A stretch of 64,000 nt of DNA, taken from positions 4,256 to 68,255 of IMG/VR virus record IMGVR_UViG_3300046352_000068; one strand, written 5' to 3'. The number at the start of each line of letters is the position of its first letter. The stretch's first letter is position 1. The translations under genes and the position numbers were made by a program. This stretch comes from a virus. Shown here piece by piece: positions 49,517 through 59,529 of this stretch. The notes beneath the pieces were generated by a model that was given only the letters and a program-made list of their open reading frames with translations, searched no databases and was not told the DNA's origin.

Positions 49517-50063
49517 CTAATTTAATTGTTAGATTCTTAGTATACATACGGTATACTTTCTCGCCATCAATATAGAACGGGTATTCGCTCTCAGGCTCAA
49601 ACGTGACCGTGTCACCCTCTTTTAATCCTAGTGCTAGTACTTCTTCGTTTGGATACTTTATAGTGCCTACAAGAGGCTTCTCTGCGTCCGCAGTAAGTAT
49701 GCCTGTGTAGTCATTCTCCACAGGAGAAATAAACACATAGCGACCAATGCCAATCCAATCAGCACCAGTCTTCTTATATGCATACGGATCGTCAATAAAG
49801 TACAAGTCCTCTCGGAAGTAATTCCAAGCAGACTTCTCTCTACCACGCATATCGTAATACAGCCTAAAAGTATTGTGATGCACAATGACCGTATCACCTG
49901 GTTCAACAGGACCCTCGTATCCAATAGGCGTAGAGATAACAACAGCCTCACGCATAGTGGCAAGGTGGTCTTCTTTCGATGTAGAAATAACAATTTCACC
50001 CCTCGTGTTATCATATCTCTTGTTATCACGTGGTTGGACCAAAAAGTAGAAAGGACTTCGCAT
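49509..50063 (-). CDS. GroES-like co-chaperonin (tandem domains)
   Basis: LVQP...AVVISTP...V.PGDTVIVHHN; second repeat G.I.Y...LKEGDTV.F. Confidence 0.6.
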   Translation of the reverse strand: MRSPFYFLVQPRDNKRYDNTRGEIVISTSKEDHLATMREAVVISTPIGYEGPVEPGDTVIVHHNTFRLYYDMRGREKSAWNYFREDLYFIDDPYAYKKTGADWIGIGRYVFISPVENDYTGILTADAEKPLVGTIKYPNEEVLALGLKEGDTVTFEPESEYPFYIDGEKVYRMYTKNLTIKLDE

Positions 50064-50522
50064 TAGAAATCTATATTATATTCAATTAAGAATGGCATAT
50101 TGCCATTAATCTTTTTCCATAAGACCACCTCATCATTAGCCTCAATGAAGATTTCAACATCTCCTGCATCGGTCTGACGAATCAAATGTATCTTGTAGTT
50201 ACCCTGCAAAACTACTTGATTATGCATATAATTCATTGCATTCTTATAATCTGCACCAACTGATATTTTACGAATTACCATCTTTGTTCTTGATTTCTCC
50301 AGTAGCAAAGTCAATCGTAATATCTCCGTACTTAGCGTGTAGTTCCTGCTGAATGGCAACATGTGTTGTGCCAGCTGTATCTAACTGAGCTAAAATAGAT
50401 TGTTTCTCTACTTTGGAATTGTGAATTGTAATCTCAGCATCTGCTAATGCGTTGCGAAGATTTCTGATTTCTGTATGAGCGGCTCTGAAACGATCCAACT
50501 CGTCTTGTGTTAATTTATCCAT
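50063..50522 (-). CDS. Two small hypothetical proteins (50063-50281, 50268-50522)
   Basis: MVIRKISVGADYKNAM... and a coiled-coil ending KYGDITID..TGEI. Confidence 0.65.
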
Positions 50523-50597
50523 TGTATTATATTTTTTTGTAAAAGTACTAATTATATTTTATTATGGCGTAATATTACGTAATTTTGGATTATCATT

Positions 50598-51101
50598 ATG
50601 CACAATAATAATATTAAAATGGAAAAATTAATAGAAGCATATCCAAATTATACAATCGACTTACAAGGTATTGTTACAAACATCAATACAAAGCACAAAA
50701 TCAAACAAACTGTCAAACAGGGTAGGCTTATGGTTGAATTGTGGAAAGATAACAAAAAGAAACACCAACTTGTTCATAGATTAATCGCTCAAGCATTTAT
50801 CCCTAATACTTATAATAAGCCGCAGATAAATCATATAGATGGCAATCCTTTAAATAATAATATTGAGAACCTAGAATGGGTTACAGATAGCGAGAATAAA
50901 TATCACGCACATAGAACGGGTCTTATAAATTGCAGAAAAACACCTGTTATACAATATACTAAGGAAGGTGAATTTATTGCTGAACATAGGTCTGTATTAG
51001 ATGCTTATAAAGCAACCAAAGTAGACAGAAAGAGTATTCATTTTAATATTAAAAATATTTACAACCACGCTGGTGGATTTGTATGGAAGGAGAAAAAGTA
51101 A
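50598..51101 (+). mobile_element. HNH homing endonuclease with NUMOD1-like C-terminus
   Basis: HRLIAQAFIPN...INHIDGN.LNN...NLEWVT; PVIQY...AGGFVW. Confidence 0.9.
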
Positions 51102-53125
51102 AAATATTATTCCTGCTTGCTCACTGTTCGACAGGGGGAATGCCTGCATTTGTTTTAAAGAGTGTTCAAACTCTTTACAAGACATTTGAAATAGAGGTGG
51201 TAGAGTATCAATGCCATAGCTTAGACTACGTTGTTCAACGCAATCAAATAAAGGAACTAGTTCCGTTTCACACCTTGCACGAGGACAAGATGGAGTTGTT
51301 CAACATCATCGCAAAATTCAATCCCGACATTGTTCACATTCACGAACCAGCTGAACGCTTTAATCGTGATATGATTTCTGAATTATATCGGGAAGACCGA
51401 AGCTACCGAATCGTGGAGACGTGCCACGATGTGTCGTTTAACCACGACAAAGAAAAGATATTTCATCCTGATGCGTACTATTTCTGCACGCCATATCACT
51501 TAGAGACATTTGCTTCATCGCCATCTTACAAAGAGGTGATTGAGTTTCCAATAGATGATAAAAGAAATCGTGATTATTATGATAACCCTTTTGATACAAA
51601 AAGAAAAAATGTTGTTAATGTAGGTCTTTGGACTCCTGGTAAGAATCAAGCTGAGGGGATTGAGATAGCTAGAAAGTATCCTGATATGGACTTTCATTTT
51701 ATCGGAAACCAAGCTATTAATTTTAAGCATTACTGGGAGCCATTAATGAAGGATTTGCCATCTAATGTTCACGTGTGGTTGGAGAGAAATGATGCACATA
51801 GGTTCATTAAGATGGCAGATATCTTTATGTTTAATTCTACGTGGGAGTGTAACCCACTAGTATTACGCGAAGCCATATCTTTTGGTAAACCGATTATTGC
51901 TCACAACCTTCCTCAATATGGATCAATGTTTAGTAAATACATTCAACCTATTGATACTGATTTAAATACTATCAAATGTAATTACATTATACCTACAGAT
52001 AATACTTCGCAAATATTTTGGGAGAAGCAAATCGCATTCTACAATAAAGTAATGACGCTTGACAAGCAAGAGCAAGATGTTAAAATCATCCAACACTTTG
52101 TTGGCCAACCATACCTAGAGATTAAGTCAGGACTGAAAGCCGACTTTAAGGTGCAATACTTTGATGGCGATAAATTAGTTTACGAGAATACTATCGGATC
52201 AAATAGCTGGGTAAAACTAAACAGGCAGTACTATACTGAATGGGAGAGCAAGGTTTTTATGAATGATAAACTAATACACAATGATATACTTTCACTAGAA
52301 GGTAAGCGTGTATATATCGCTCTATCAAGTAAGTCTTTAGGAGACACAATTGCCTGGGCACCATATGCTTACGAGTTTCAGAAGAAGCATAAGTGCAAAG
52401 TGATTTTGTCCACTTTTTTAAATAAAATACTGGACATTCCTGAGATAGAATTAGTAGAGCCTGGAACTGTAGTTCCTAACATTTATGCTCAGTATAATAT
52501 CGGTTGGTTCTACGACTCAAACAAAGAGCCTGAGTTACCAAATACTATTAAGCTACAAGAGGCAGCAACTAAGATATTAGGGCTTGACTTTCAGGAGATT
52601 ATGCCGAAGTTAAAGTACGATGCCGGTGAAAATAACTATGGCAAGTATGTGACAATAGCCACCAACTCCACATCAGGATGTAAGTTCTGGACAAAAGAAG
52701 GATGGCAAGGTGTGATAAACTATTTGCACGAGAAAGGGTACAAGGTAATTAATGTATCACTTGAAGAGAATCCGTTCGATAACTGTGAGCAGATTATTAA
52801 TAAAGATATCCAAAAGACAATGGCTATTATTCACCATAGTCAATTTAGTATCTGTTTGGGAAGTGGCGTAGCTTGGTTAGCAAATGCCATTGGTAAACAA
52901 GTGGTTATGATAAATAACTTTGCTGCAGATGATCACGAGTTTGAGTGCATACGAGTTACTAACAAGTCAGTATGCAACAGTTGTTGGAATAACCCTAACT
53001 TTAAATTTGATGCTTCCGACTGGGATTTTTGTCCAATCTGGAAGAATACTCCCCGACATTTTGAGTGTCAGAGGAGTATAGTTGCTGAAGATGTAATAGA
53101 TAGATTAGTGTTACTTCTCGACTAA
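51083..53125 (+). CDS. Two-domain glycosyltransferase: GT4-like plus Aah/TibC-like O-heptosyltransferase
   Basis: STGGMP, KNQ, DIFMFNS.WECNPLVLREA; then SKSLGDTIAW, KFW, GSGVAWLA, CNSCW...FCP....RHFEC. Confidence 0.8.
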   Translation: MEGEKVKILFLLAHCSTGGMPAFVLKSVQTLYKTFEIEVVEYQCHSLDYVVQRNQIKELVPFHTLHEDKMELFNIIAKFNPDIVHIHEPAERFNRDMISELYREDRSYRIVETCHDVSFNHDKEKIFHPDAYYFCTPYHLETFASSPSYKEVIEFPIDDKRNRDYYDNPFDTKRKNVVNVGLWTPGKNQAEGIEIARKYPDMDFHFIGNQAINFKHYWEPLMKDLPSNVHVWLERNDAHRFIKMADIFMFNSTWECNPLVLREAISFGKPIIAHNLPQYGSMFSKYIQPIDTDLNTIKCNYIIPTDNTSQIFWEKQIAFYNKVMTLDKQEQDVKIIQHFVGQPYLEIKSGLKADFKVQYFDGDKLVYENTIGSNSWVKLNRQYYTEWESKVFMNDKLIHNDILSLEGKRVYIALSSKSLGDTIAWAPYAYEFQKKHKCKVILSTFLNKILDIPEIELVEPGTVVPNIYAQYNIGWFYDSNKEPELPNTIKLQEAATKILGLDFQEIMPKLKYDAGENNYGKYVTIATNSTSGCKFWTKEGWQGVINYLHEKGYKVINVSLEENPFDNCEQIINKDIQKTMAIIHHSQFSICLGSGVAWLANAIGKQVVMINNFAADDHEFECIRVTNKSVCNSCWNNPNFKFDASDWDFCPIWKNTPRHFECQRSIVAEDVIDRLVLLLD

Positions 53126-53563
53126 TTCAACATCAGTTGAAATTTGGCTTAAGAACACACCGTAAAAACTTTCTCCTTTAATGTCTTTAATGTCATTCAA
53201 TGTAACGTGAGGGAAATCAATTTCTTTTTCCTCAGCTAATAATGCATTGTATTCATTTGCAAATGACACAAACTTTGGATTCTGAACAGTCTTGGCTTCG
53301 TCTGAGAAAGGATTAACCATAATTCCACCTTTACCGTCTTCTTCTCCATGCTTCTTAATTAACTCATCACGCAAACCGTCTAAAGTTTTCTTGTCACTAG
53401 CTAATAATTCAGCTAGTTTAGATAAACGATACTTAATAACTAAGTTAATGTTTTCAGACAACAATCCTTTAAGAACTACTTCTTTGGTTTGCTGATTCAT
53501 TGCACCATTAATTTCTGCTTCTAAAGCAAGGATATCTCCAAGTGTTAATTTAATTTTATTCAT
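53111..53563 (-). CDS. Hypothetical protein (tail-associated region)
   Basis: 150 aa helical ORF with TAAATTTG box upstream. Confidence 0.65.
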   Translation of the reverse strand: MNKIKLTLGDILALEAEINGAMNQQTKEVVLKGLLSENINLVIKYRLSKLAELLASDKKTLDGLRDELIKKHGEEDGKGGIMVNPFSDEAKTVQNPKFVSFANEYNALLAEEKEIDFPHVTLNDIKDIKGESFYGVFLSQISTDVELVEK

Positions 53564-53586
53564 GATTTATGTTATTTTTAACAAAT

Positions 53587-53934
53587 TTAAGCAATAGGTT
53601 CTTCAGATGCAACTACTTCTTCTACAATAGGCTCAGGAGTTGGTTCAGGAGGAACCGGAGGGATGAAGTCTCCTGTAATAGTAAGGTTTAACTGCTCTGC
53701 TATCCACTCCCAAGCAAAAACGTCACTCTGCCATTCAGCATAAGCCTCGCCTGTCATATTCAGGTTGCCTTGAGCAAGTTGTGCACCTACACTACCACTT
53801 TCGGTTGTAGCAAATAATCCGTACCAAAAAGTAGCGGATGTGTTAAGCGTTACATTAACTGCATAACAGTTCAGGATAGTCGCTTGTTGTACTGTACCAT
53901 TGTCCCAAATTGAGACTGCTTCGATAGTTTTCAT
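53587..53934 (-). CDS. Tail-fibre-associated hypothetical protein
   Basis: GNLNM.G..Y..W...AWEWIA..LNL; downstream of the fibre gene. Confidence 0.6.
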   Translation of the reverse strand: MKTIEAVSIWDNGTVQQATILNCYAVNVTLNTSATFWYGLFATTESGSVGAQLAQGNLNMTGEAYAEWQSDVFAWEWIAEQLNLTITGDFIPPVPPEPTPEPIVEEVVASEEPIA

Positions 53935-53963
53935 TTATATATTTTTTTTAAAATTACTAAAAA

Positions 53964-54398
53964 TTAAGGACAATACGTTTGTCCTGATACGATTTGTATT
54001 GATCCGTTATATCCTGCAGGCAAAGTAGTTTGATTAATTCCATTATAATAATAGAATACAGGACTACCACTAGGTAATACATAACGTTGACCTGTTCCCA
54101 ATACAGGAGTAATTTTTGTCCACGCAGCAGGGCCACCTGAACAATGATTAAGTTGATAATAAGTGTAAGCAGATGCTACCAAATTACTCTTAACAACTAA
54201 TTGATTATCTGTTTTACCAGCTAATGGAGCTGTTTGAATATCGACAGTTGTTAGTGCACCTAACTTAGTTATCTCCCTATTGCTAGGTATTCCTGGAGGA
54301 GGTATTATACCAATCTGTATGAATACATTATTATTTACTGCATCCTGAAGATTAGCCCAACTCACACATTGATTACTTGCTATTCCTGCCCAAGACAT
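53964..54398 (-). CDS. Small structural protein with a Cys-bounded C-terminal module
   Basis: C-terminus similar to the last repeat of the nozzle protein. Confidence 0.65.
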   Translation of the reverse strand: MSWAGIASNQCVSWANLQDAVNNNVFIQIGIIPPPGIPSNREITKLGALTTVDIQTAPLAGKTDNQLVVKSNLVASAYTYYQLNHCSGGPAAWTKITPVLGTGQRYVLPSGSPVFYYYNGINQTTLPAGYNGSIQIVSGQTYCP

Positions 54399-54399
54399 A

Positions 54400-57300
54400 T
54401 TAGTTTAGTTTTGCTTCTAGTTCTTTTACCTTTTGCTCCAAAAATTGCACCTTAGCAACTAAAACCTCACGATAAGAAAGACTTAATAATCCATCAGTTC
54501 CTTTGCTTACTGCACTTGGTAGTATTCCTTGTACATCTTGTGCAAAATATCCAAGTTCCTCTATACCATTCTTAGTGTACAACTTAGCTACAACAGATTC
54601 AATGCCTTTTGTTTGATAGTTATCTTCAATTAAAGTCTTGATGGTAGCATCTGATGTTTCAAAATATGCTACTCCATAATAATTTCCATTATCAATATAT
54701 GCCTGTCTTAATAATACACCCGGTTGTTTTTTGTAAAAATTAAATATTCCACCATATTCATAGAATGACATTTGGTCTCCTGCTGTAACACTATAATCTC
54801 CTGCTGCTGCAGGTATCCCTCGCAAAATTAATCCGTGATACATATCGCCTGCTCCTGCAATGTTTGCATACGCATTACCTTGATTTAACATTATTGTAGG
54901 AACTGAAGTTGCTGCAGCAGGCGTAAATCTACCCCATCCATTTACATCTAATTTCCAACCACTATCCGTAGTGGTGCCTATTAGGAAGTTACCACTATTA
55001 AAATATGAAGCCCCATTAGCAGTTATATATATAGTGTTTGATTGAGCTTCATTGTATAAATATAATTGTGCAGGGTCAGCAGCTCCTCCCGGATTAAAGA
55101 ACAACCTATTTTCGTTGCCATCACCATTAGTTGTCTTAACCTTAAATTGTCCGTGAACAGCTAATACAGCATCAGGCGCCGTCGTTCCGATGCCTACGTT
55201 GCCAGAGGATGTAAAAGTCAATATATCACTTGATGTACTAAAGTTTCTAATACTACCATAAGCAGCTCCACTTGGTGTAAATAAAGAATAATATCTTACA
55301 TTCCCATCGCCAAAAATTATATTATGCGCCCCTCCATTTTGAGCAAATAATACACCGGTTGAAACCGCATCAATAGCCCTACCACCACTATTATTAAATA
55401 TATTGTTTCCGTTAGTAGTAACACTACTCGAAAACGTGGCTGCGCCTGTTGTTCCTAATGTTAATGACAATGTCCCATCATTAACATAAAAATAATGCCC
55501 TAACCCTAATTCTGCTGCATAAGCCATATTTCTGTCTGTGTTTCCTAACGCAGAACCTCTAACGCTTATAAATCCACTTGTTACACCATTTTGTCTGATT
55601 GACAAAATTCCACCACCTGTTGTTCCTGTATTGTCTGCAATAAAAATTCCATTGTATGCTGCACTCCCTTTTGATGTTACTCCATTTATAAACCTTCCTG
55701 TACCATTAACATCTAGCTTGTAGCCTGCGTTAGTAATTGTACTGCTTGTTATGAGCACATTGCCATCCGAAAAAATACGCATTTTTTCACTAATAGCAAA
55801 AGATGAATTTGTAGCCGCAGTAAAAAATCTTATAACATTATCATTAGCAGCATTTGCAGAACCTGATGCAGATATAATTAATCCATCTCCACCTGTACCA
55901 ATAGCCATTTCACTAGTATTGCTAGTAGAGTGTAAAACTATTCCCGGTACTGTTGCACCCCCAATATCTAATATTTTATTAATTCCAACTGAAGATTGAC
56001 TTGGTGTAACTCCTAATCCTAAATTGCCTGAAGGATTTATGATAAGCCTTGAAGTTAAATCACCTCCATTTGCTCTTGTTACAAAACTTAATCCATAGCC
56101 ATAATCACCATCAGTTCCATTTGCTTTAAATGAACTTATACCTGCTGCATCAACAAGTGTTGTGCCTGTATAAACTCCTCTAAATAATATACCACCACCA
56201 TTACCTGCTGCTACTGCTGAATTGTCTGCAATACTTATATTATATCTTGCAGCATTATTTGTTGCAGCAGTACTTATAAAACTTGCACTTGTTCCACTCA
56301 ATGCTCTACTAATTAAAGTAACAGTTGTTCCATCATCAGTAATAGCACTATTCCCTATTGTACTTGCACCTGTAAACTTAGGTAGGTAGTTGGTTGTTCC
56401 TGACCCTGTAATCTGACCAACTGGAGTTGTTCCTGATGATCCTGAGGTGCCATTAACACCTGACGTGCCTGATGTACCGTTAACTCCACTAGTACCATTA
56501 ACACCTGAAGTTCCGTTGATGCCTGATGTTCCAGATACACCTGACGTACCGCTTGCTCCTGAGCTACCACTAGTTCCGCTAACTCCTGATGTGCCACTGC
56601 TACCGCTTACCCCACTTGTACCATCTACTCCTGACGTTCCACTCACGCCTGACGTACCACTAACTCCGCTAGTACCATCAATACCTGATGTACCTGCAGT
56701 TCCAGATGTTCCATCTATCCCACTTGTACCAGCTGTACCTGATGATCCGCTTGAACCAGATGTACCTGATGTACCACTAACACCACTCGTCCCTGATGCG
56801 GCAGCAATTGATGTAGTAACATATGAGTACTCACTATCTTCTGTGTACCACTCTGCAGTTTTTGCAGTGCTTACATTATTGTTATAGTAAATCTTAACAA
56901 TCATTCTGTCAGTTGCAGAGATTGTCGTGTGTGGAAAAACAAAGTCTACGGTAGTCTCTGCAATAACACCTATTCCAAACCAAGCCAAAAGAACTACAGA
57001 CGAAGTAGCTAATGTCCCGTAAGGTGTGCCTGTTGAGTCAGCAAGTTGTAATGTTACATAAACTTGTATATTGTCATTATCCTGAGGCTTTAATGTATGT
57101 AGATGAAATCTTTGTACGCCTGATGGGATAATAGTAAATCCTAATTGCTCTGTTATAAATTGTTGAACCAACACATTTTGTTGGTTACCAGCCATATTAA
57201 CAGTTATTGTCTGTAATCCTGCAAATGTGGGTTCAGTAGATAATACTTTATATGGAGAAATAGAAGAAGATTGACTATTATTAAAATAGTAAACACGGCC

Positions 57301-58392
57301 ACCACTAACACCATCAACCCCTGAAGTACCTCCTGTACCCGATGTGCCTGTTGTACCTGAGGTTCCTGCAGTACCACTAGTACCTGTAGTTCCTGATGTG
57401 CCACCTGTACCGTCAGTGCCTGATGTAGCTGACGTGCCCGATGTACCATTGGTTCCACTAGTGCCATCAATTCCTGATGTACCGTTTATCCCTGATGTGC
57501 CATCAATACCGCTTGTCCCACTGCTTCCTGACATACCTGATGTACCAGCAGAACCATTAGTTCCACTTGTACCACCTGTGCCATCTGTTCCTGAGCTACC
57601 ACTAGTCCCATCTATACCATCAATACCTGACGTACCTGATGTACCACGTGTTCCTGATGTTCCTCCTGTGCCATCAGTTCCTGAAGAACCCGATGTACCT
57701 GAGCTTCCTGATGTACCAGTAGTGCCTGAAGATCCTGATGTACCTGATGTTCCATCTATTGCTGAAGTTCCGCTAGTACCTGTTGTCCCTGATGACCCAC
57801 TTGTTCCATCTGTACCACTAGTACCTGATGAGCCAGAACTTCCGCTTGAACCAGACGTACCTGTAGTACCTGATGTACCTGACTCTCCTGAGAATAAGCC
57901 AAAAGTAACAGACTCATCTTCATTTATGATACCTGAATTACCTTGTAAGAATGTTAAGTCTAAGAAATAGTAATCACCGGTATGAACAACAGCATCAACT
58001 CTATATAATGCATATTCACTAGGGAATCCTGGACGATTAACAAGTAAGATTCTATTTAACCAAACTTCTTCAATAAATACGCCTGGCTCTGTATTAGCAA
58101 GGGTTAAGAAAGAAACCTTGATAGTTCCTGCAAGAGCGATAACATCTACTGTATCAAATGGATGGCCAACTAATTCGAATGTCTTTGCAGGCTGAGATTC
58201 TGTCGGGGCATACATTCTGTATGTCCAGTTAAAGTTACCTGTATCAATAATACCTACCCGATTGAAATAATCGGCAATATCATTGGTAGTGAAATTCTTA
58301 GTTGTCTTGTATTCTGTGTTCCAGTCTGAACCGATAACTCTATCAAGTCCTGTAACATAGGTATCAATGCTGTAAGTGCTAATCCGGGCCAA
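54400..58392 (-). CDS. Tail fibre with (G-T-S)n tracts and C-terminal S74-type intramolecular chaperone
   Basis: TTG start MARISTY; G-X-Y repeats; GNVGIGT-type fibre repeats; TSDATIK...GYFAQDV...coiled coil. Confidence 0.85.
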   Translation of the reverse strand: MARISTYSIDTYVTGLDRVIGSDWNTEYKTTKNFTTNDIADYFNRVGIIDTGNFNWTYRMYAPTESQPAKTFELVGHPFDTVDVIALAGTIKVSFLTLANTEPGVFIEEVWLNRILLVNRPGFPSEYALYRVDAVVHTGDYYFLDLTFLQGNSGIINEDESVTFGLFSGESGTSGTTGTSGSSGSSGSSGTSGTDGTSGSSGTTGTSGTSAIDGTSGTSGSSGTTGTSGSSGTSGSSGTDGTGGTSGTRGTSGTSGIDGIDGTSGSSGTDGTGGTSGTNGSAGTSGMSGSSGTSGIDGTSGINGTSGIDGTSGTNGTSGTSATSGTDGTGGTSGTTGTSGTAGTSGTTGTSGTGGTSGVDGVSGGRVYYFNNSQSSSISPYKVLSTEPTFAGLQTITVNMAGNQQNVLVQQFITEQLGFTIIPSGVQRFHLHTLKPQDNDNIQVYVTLQLADSTGTPYGTLATSSVVLLAWFGIGVIAETTVDFVFPHTTISATDRMIVKIYYNNNVSTAKTAEWYTEDSEYSYVTTSIAAASGTSGVSGTSGTSGSSGSSGTAGTSGIDGTSGTAGTSGIDGTSGVSGTSGVSGTSGVDGTSGVSGSSGTSGVSGTSGSSGASGTSGVSGTSGINGTSGVNGTSGVNGTSGTSGVNGTSGSSGTTPVGQITGSGTTNYLPKFTGASTIGNSAITDDGTTVTLISRALSGTSASFISTAATNNAARYNISIADNSAVAAGNGGGILFRGVYTGTTLVDAAGISSFKANGTDGDYGYGLSFVTRANGGDLTSRLIINPSGNLGLGVTPSQSSVGINKILDIGGATVPGIVLHSTSNTSEMAIGTGGDGLIISASGSANAANDNVIRFFTAATNSSFAISEKMRIFSDGNVLITSSTITNAGYKLDVNGTGRFINGVTSKGSAAYNGIFIADNTGTTGGGILSIRQNGVTSGFISVRGSALGNTDRNMAYAAELGLGHYFYVNDGTLSLTLGTTGAATFSSSVTTNGNNIFNNSGGRAIDAVSTGVLFAQNGGAHNIIFGDGNVRYYSLFTPSGAAYGSIRNFSTSSDILTFTSSGNVGIGTTAPDAVLAVHGQFKVKTTNGDGNENRLFFNPGGAADPAQLYLYNEAQSNTIYITANGASYFNSGNFLIGTTTDSGWKLDVNGWGRFTPAAATSVPTIMLNQGNAYANIAGAGDMYHGLILRGIPAAAGDYSVTAGDQMSFYEYGGIFNFYKKQPGVLLRQAYIDNGNYYGVAYFETSDATIKTLIEDNYQTKGIESVVAKLYTKNGIEELGYFAQDVQGILPSAVSKGTDGLLSLSYREVLVAKVQFLEQKVKELEAKLN
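56425..56797 (-). repeat. Gly-X-Y (GTS/GVS/GVN) coding repeat, block 2
   Basis: Same periodicity as block 1. Confidence 0.9.
57300..57889 (-). repeat. Gly-X-Y (mostly GTS/GSS/GID) coding repeat, block 1
   Basis: Gly every third residue, Ser/Thr dominated; 9-nt periodicity. Confidence 0.9.
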
Positions 58393-58429
58393 AGTTTTTC
58401 AAATTTAGTTTTGGCAAATTTACGCAATT

Positions 58430-58960
58430 TTATAGATACTTATTGACTATGCCATTATCTCTTTCATATTTGCACCTAGCAGCATAAGCATCTTCTTCGG
58501 TTAAGAAATGGCCAATTGTTTTTTGTTTTTGATTAATACATATTGAAGCCGTAAATCTTTGCTTTGCTTTTATCCAACTAACACCCGTGTATTTGCTTGT
58601 TGTTTTGGTTTTATCAAATCGGTGGCAATTATTTTCTTGCATTGATACCCATTCTAAATTAGAATAATGGTTGTTTAATCTATTACCATCTAAATGGTTT
58701 ACAAAGTCACGACCTTCTTCTCTCGGTATAAATGCTTCAGCAACTAATCTATGAATAGAGTACTTAATTGGTTTTCCTCCATTTCTTAGTGAAATTCTAG
58801 TGTAACCAACATTACTAATAAAAGGAGTTAGCTCCTTTCCTGTTATAGGATATATAGATCCATCAGATCTCTTATATTTTCTATCCAATGATTTAACTTT
58901 TCCACTTTCGCTAACTATAAAGTGTCCTTCATAGCCAACAACATCTTTCCAATCTTCCAT
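58430..58960 (-). mobile_element. NUMOD4-HNH-AP2-like homing endonuclease
   Basis: EDWKDVVGYEG, HRLVAEAFIP, VNHLDGNRLNN..SNLEW, SKYTGVSW; ATG at 58960. Confidence 0.9.
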
Positions 58961-59071
58961 ATAAAAACAAAACCCCAACGTGTAGGACCGTCGGGGTTGT
59001 TTAGTTTTTCAACTATTTAAAACGAATATTAGGTCCTACACTAACACTCGCTTTATTACATCACAAATATA
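58961..59071 (-). promoter_or_regulatory. Kissing-loop leader C
   Basis: TATATTTG box (59064-59071); two 10-bp stems with loops TGTAGGAC and GTCCTACA. Confidence 0.8.
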
Positions 59072-59079
59072 AAAATAAA

Positions 59080-59529
59080 TTACTTAAGAACCAAGAATTT
59101 AAAATAAGCATATAATACAATAATAGCCGACTCTATTAGTATAACTATAATAGCCCATGTTGGGACCATGTATCTAATTGTGTCTACACTATCTATACTT
59201 ACTTTTGATTCGCTTTTATTTCTATACTTATCTTCATACACATGAGCGATTGAATCAATGTCCACTGTGGCCTCAATCTTGCCACGTACAGAGCGAATTA
59301 CTACTTGCCCTTGTGGTATCTTAATCTTGCTATAGAACGTGCTTAAAATGCCAGAAGAATCGCACGGATTCTCAATTGTTAGCGTGTCGTGTACGGCCTG
59401 AAATATCTTTTCTGTACGTGTAGTTTTGAACGTATCTACACGTATAACTTCTTTGTACTCAGTCACCGTTTTTGTTTGACGGCAGGAAACTGTTATAATT
59501 AACAATAATAAGAAAAGTATCTTTTTCAT
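59080..59529 (-). CDS. Putative unimolecular spanin (lipoprotein with C-terminal TM)
   Basis: MKKILFLLLLIITVSC lipobox, beta-rich middle, C-terminal hydrophobic helix; follows endolysin. Confidence 0.65.
   Translation of the reverse strand: MKKILFLLLLIITVSCRQTKTVTEYKEVIRVDTFKTTRTEKIFQAVHDTLTIENPCDSSGILSTFYSKIKIPQGQVVIRSVRGKIEATVDIDSIAHVYEDKYRNKSESKVSIDSVDTIRYMVPTWAIIVILIESAIIVLYAYFKFLVLK

Noticed and set aside
49231-50618. Kissing-loop leaders before the HNH genes at 49230 and 50598 (also checked 15987 and 63076)
   Set aside because: No paired hairpins with complementary loops found; these genes abut neighbours or have only a simple promoter or single hairpin.
34349-54170. Diversity-generating retroelement behind the shared C-terminal module
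   Set aside because: No reverse transcriptase, and similarity is at the protein level rather than an adenine-specific template/variable repeat pair.
56447-57970. Pro/Val-rich + strand ORFs (56447-56887, 57344-57970)
   Set aside because: Antisense shadows of the Gly-Thr-Ser repeat codons in the tail fibre.
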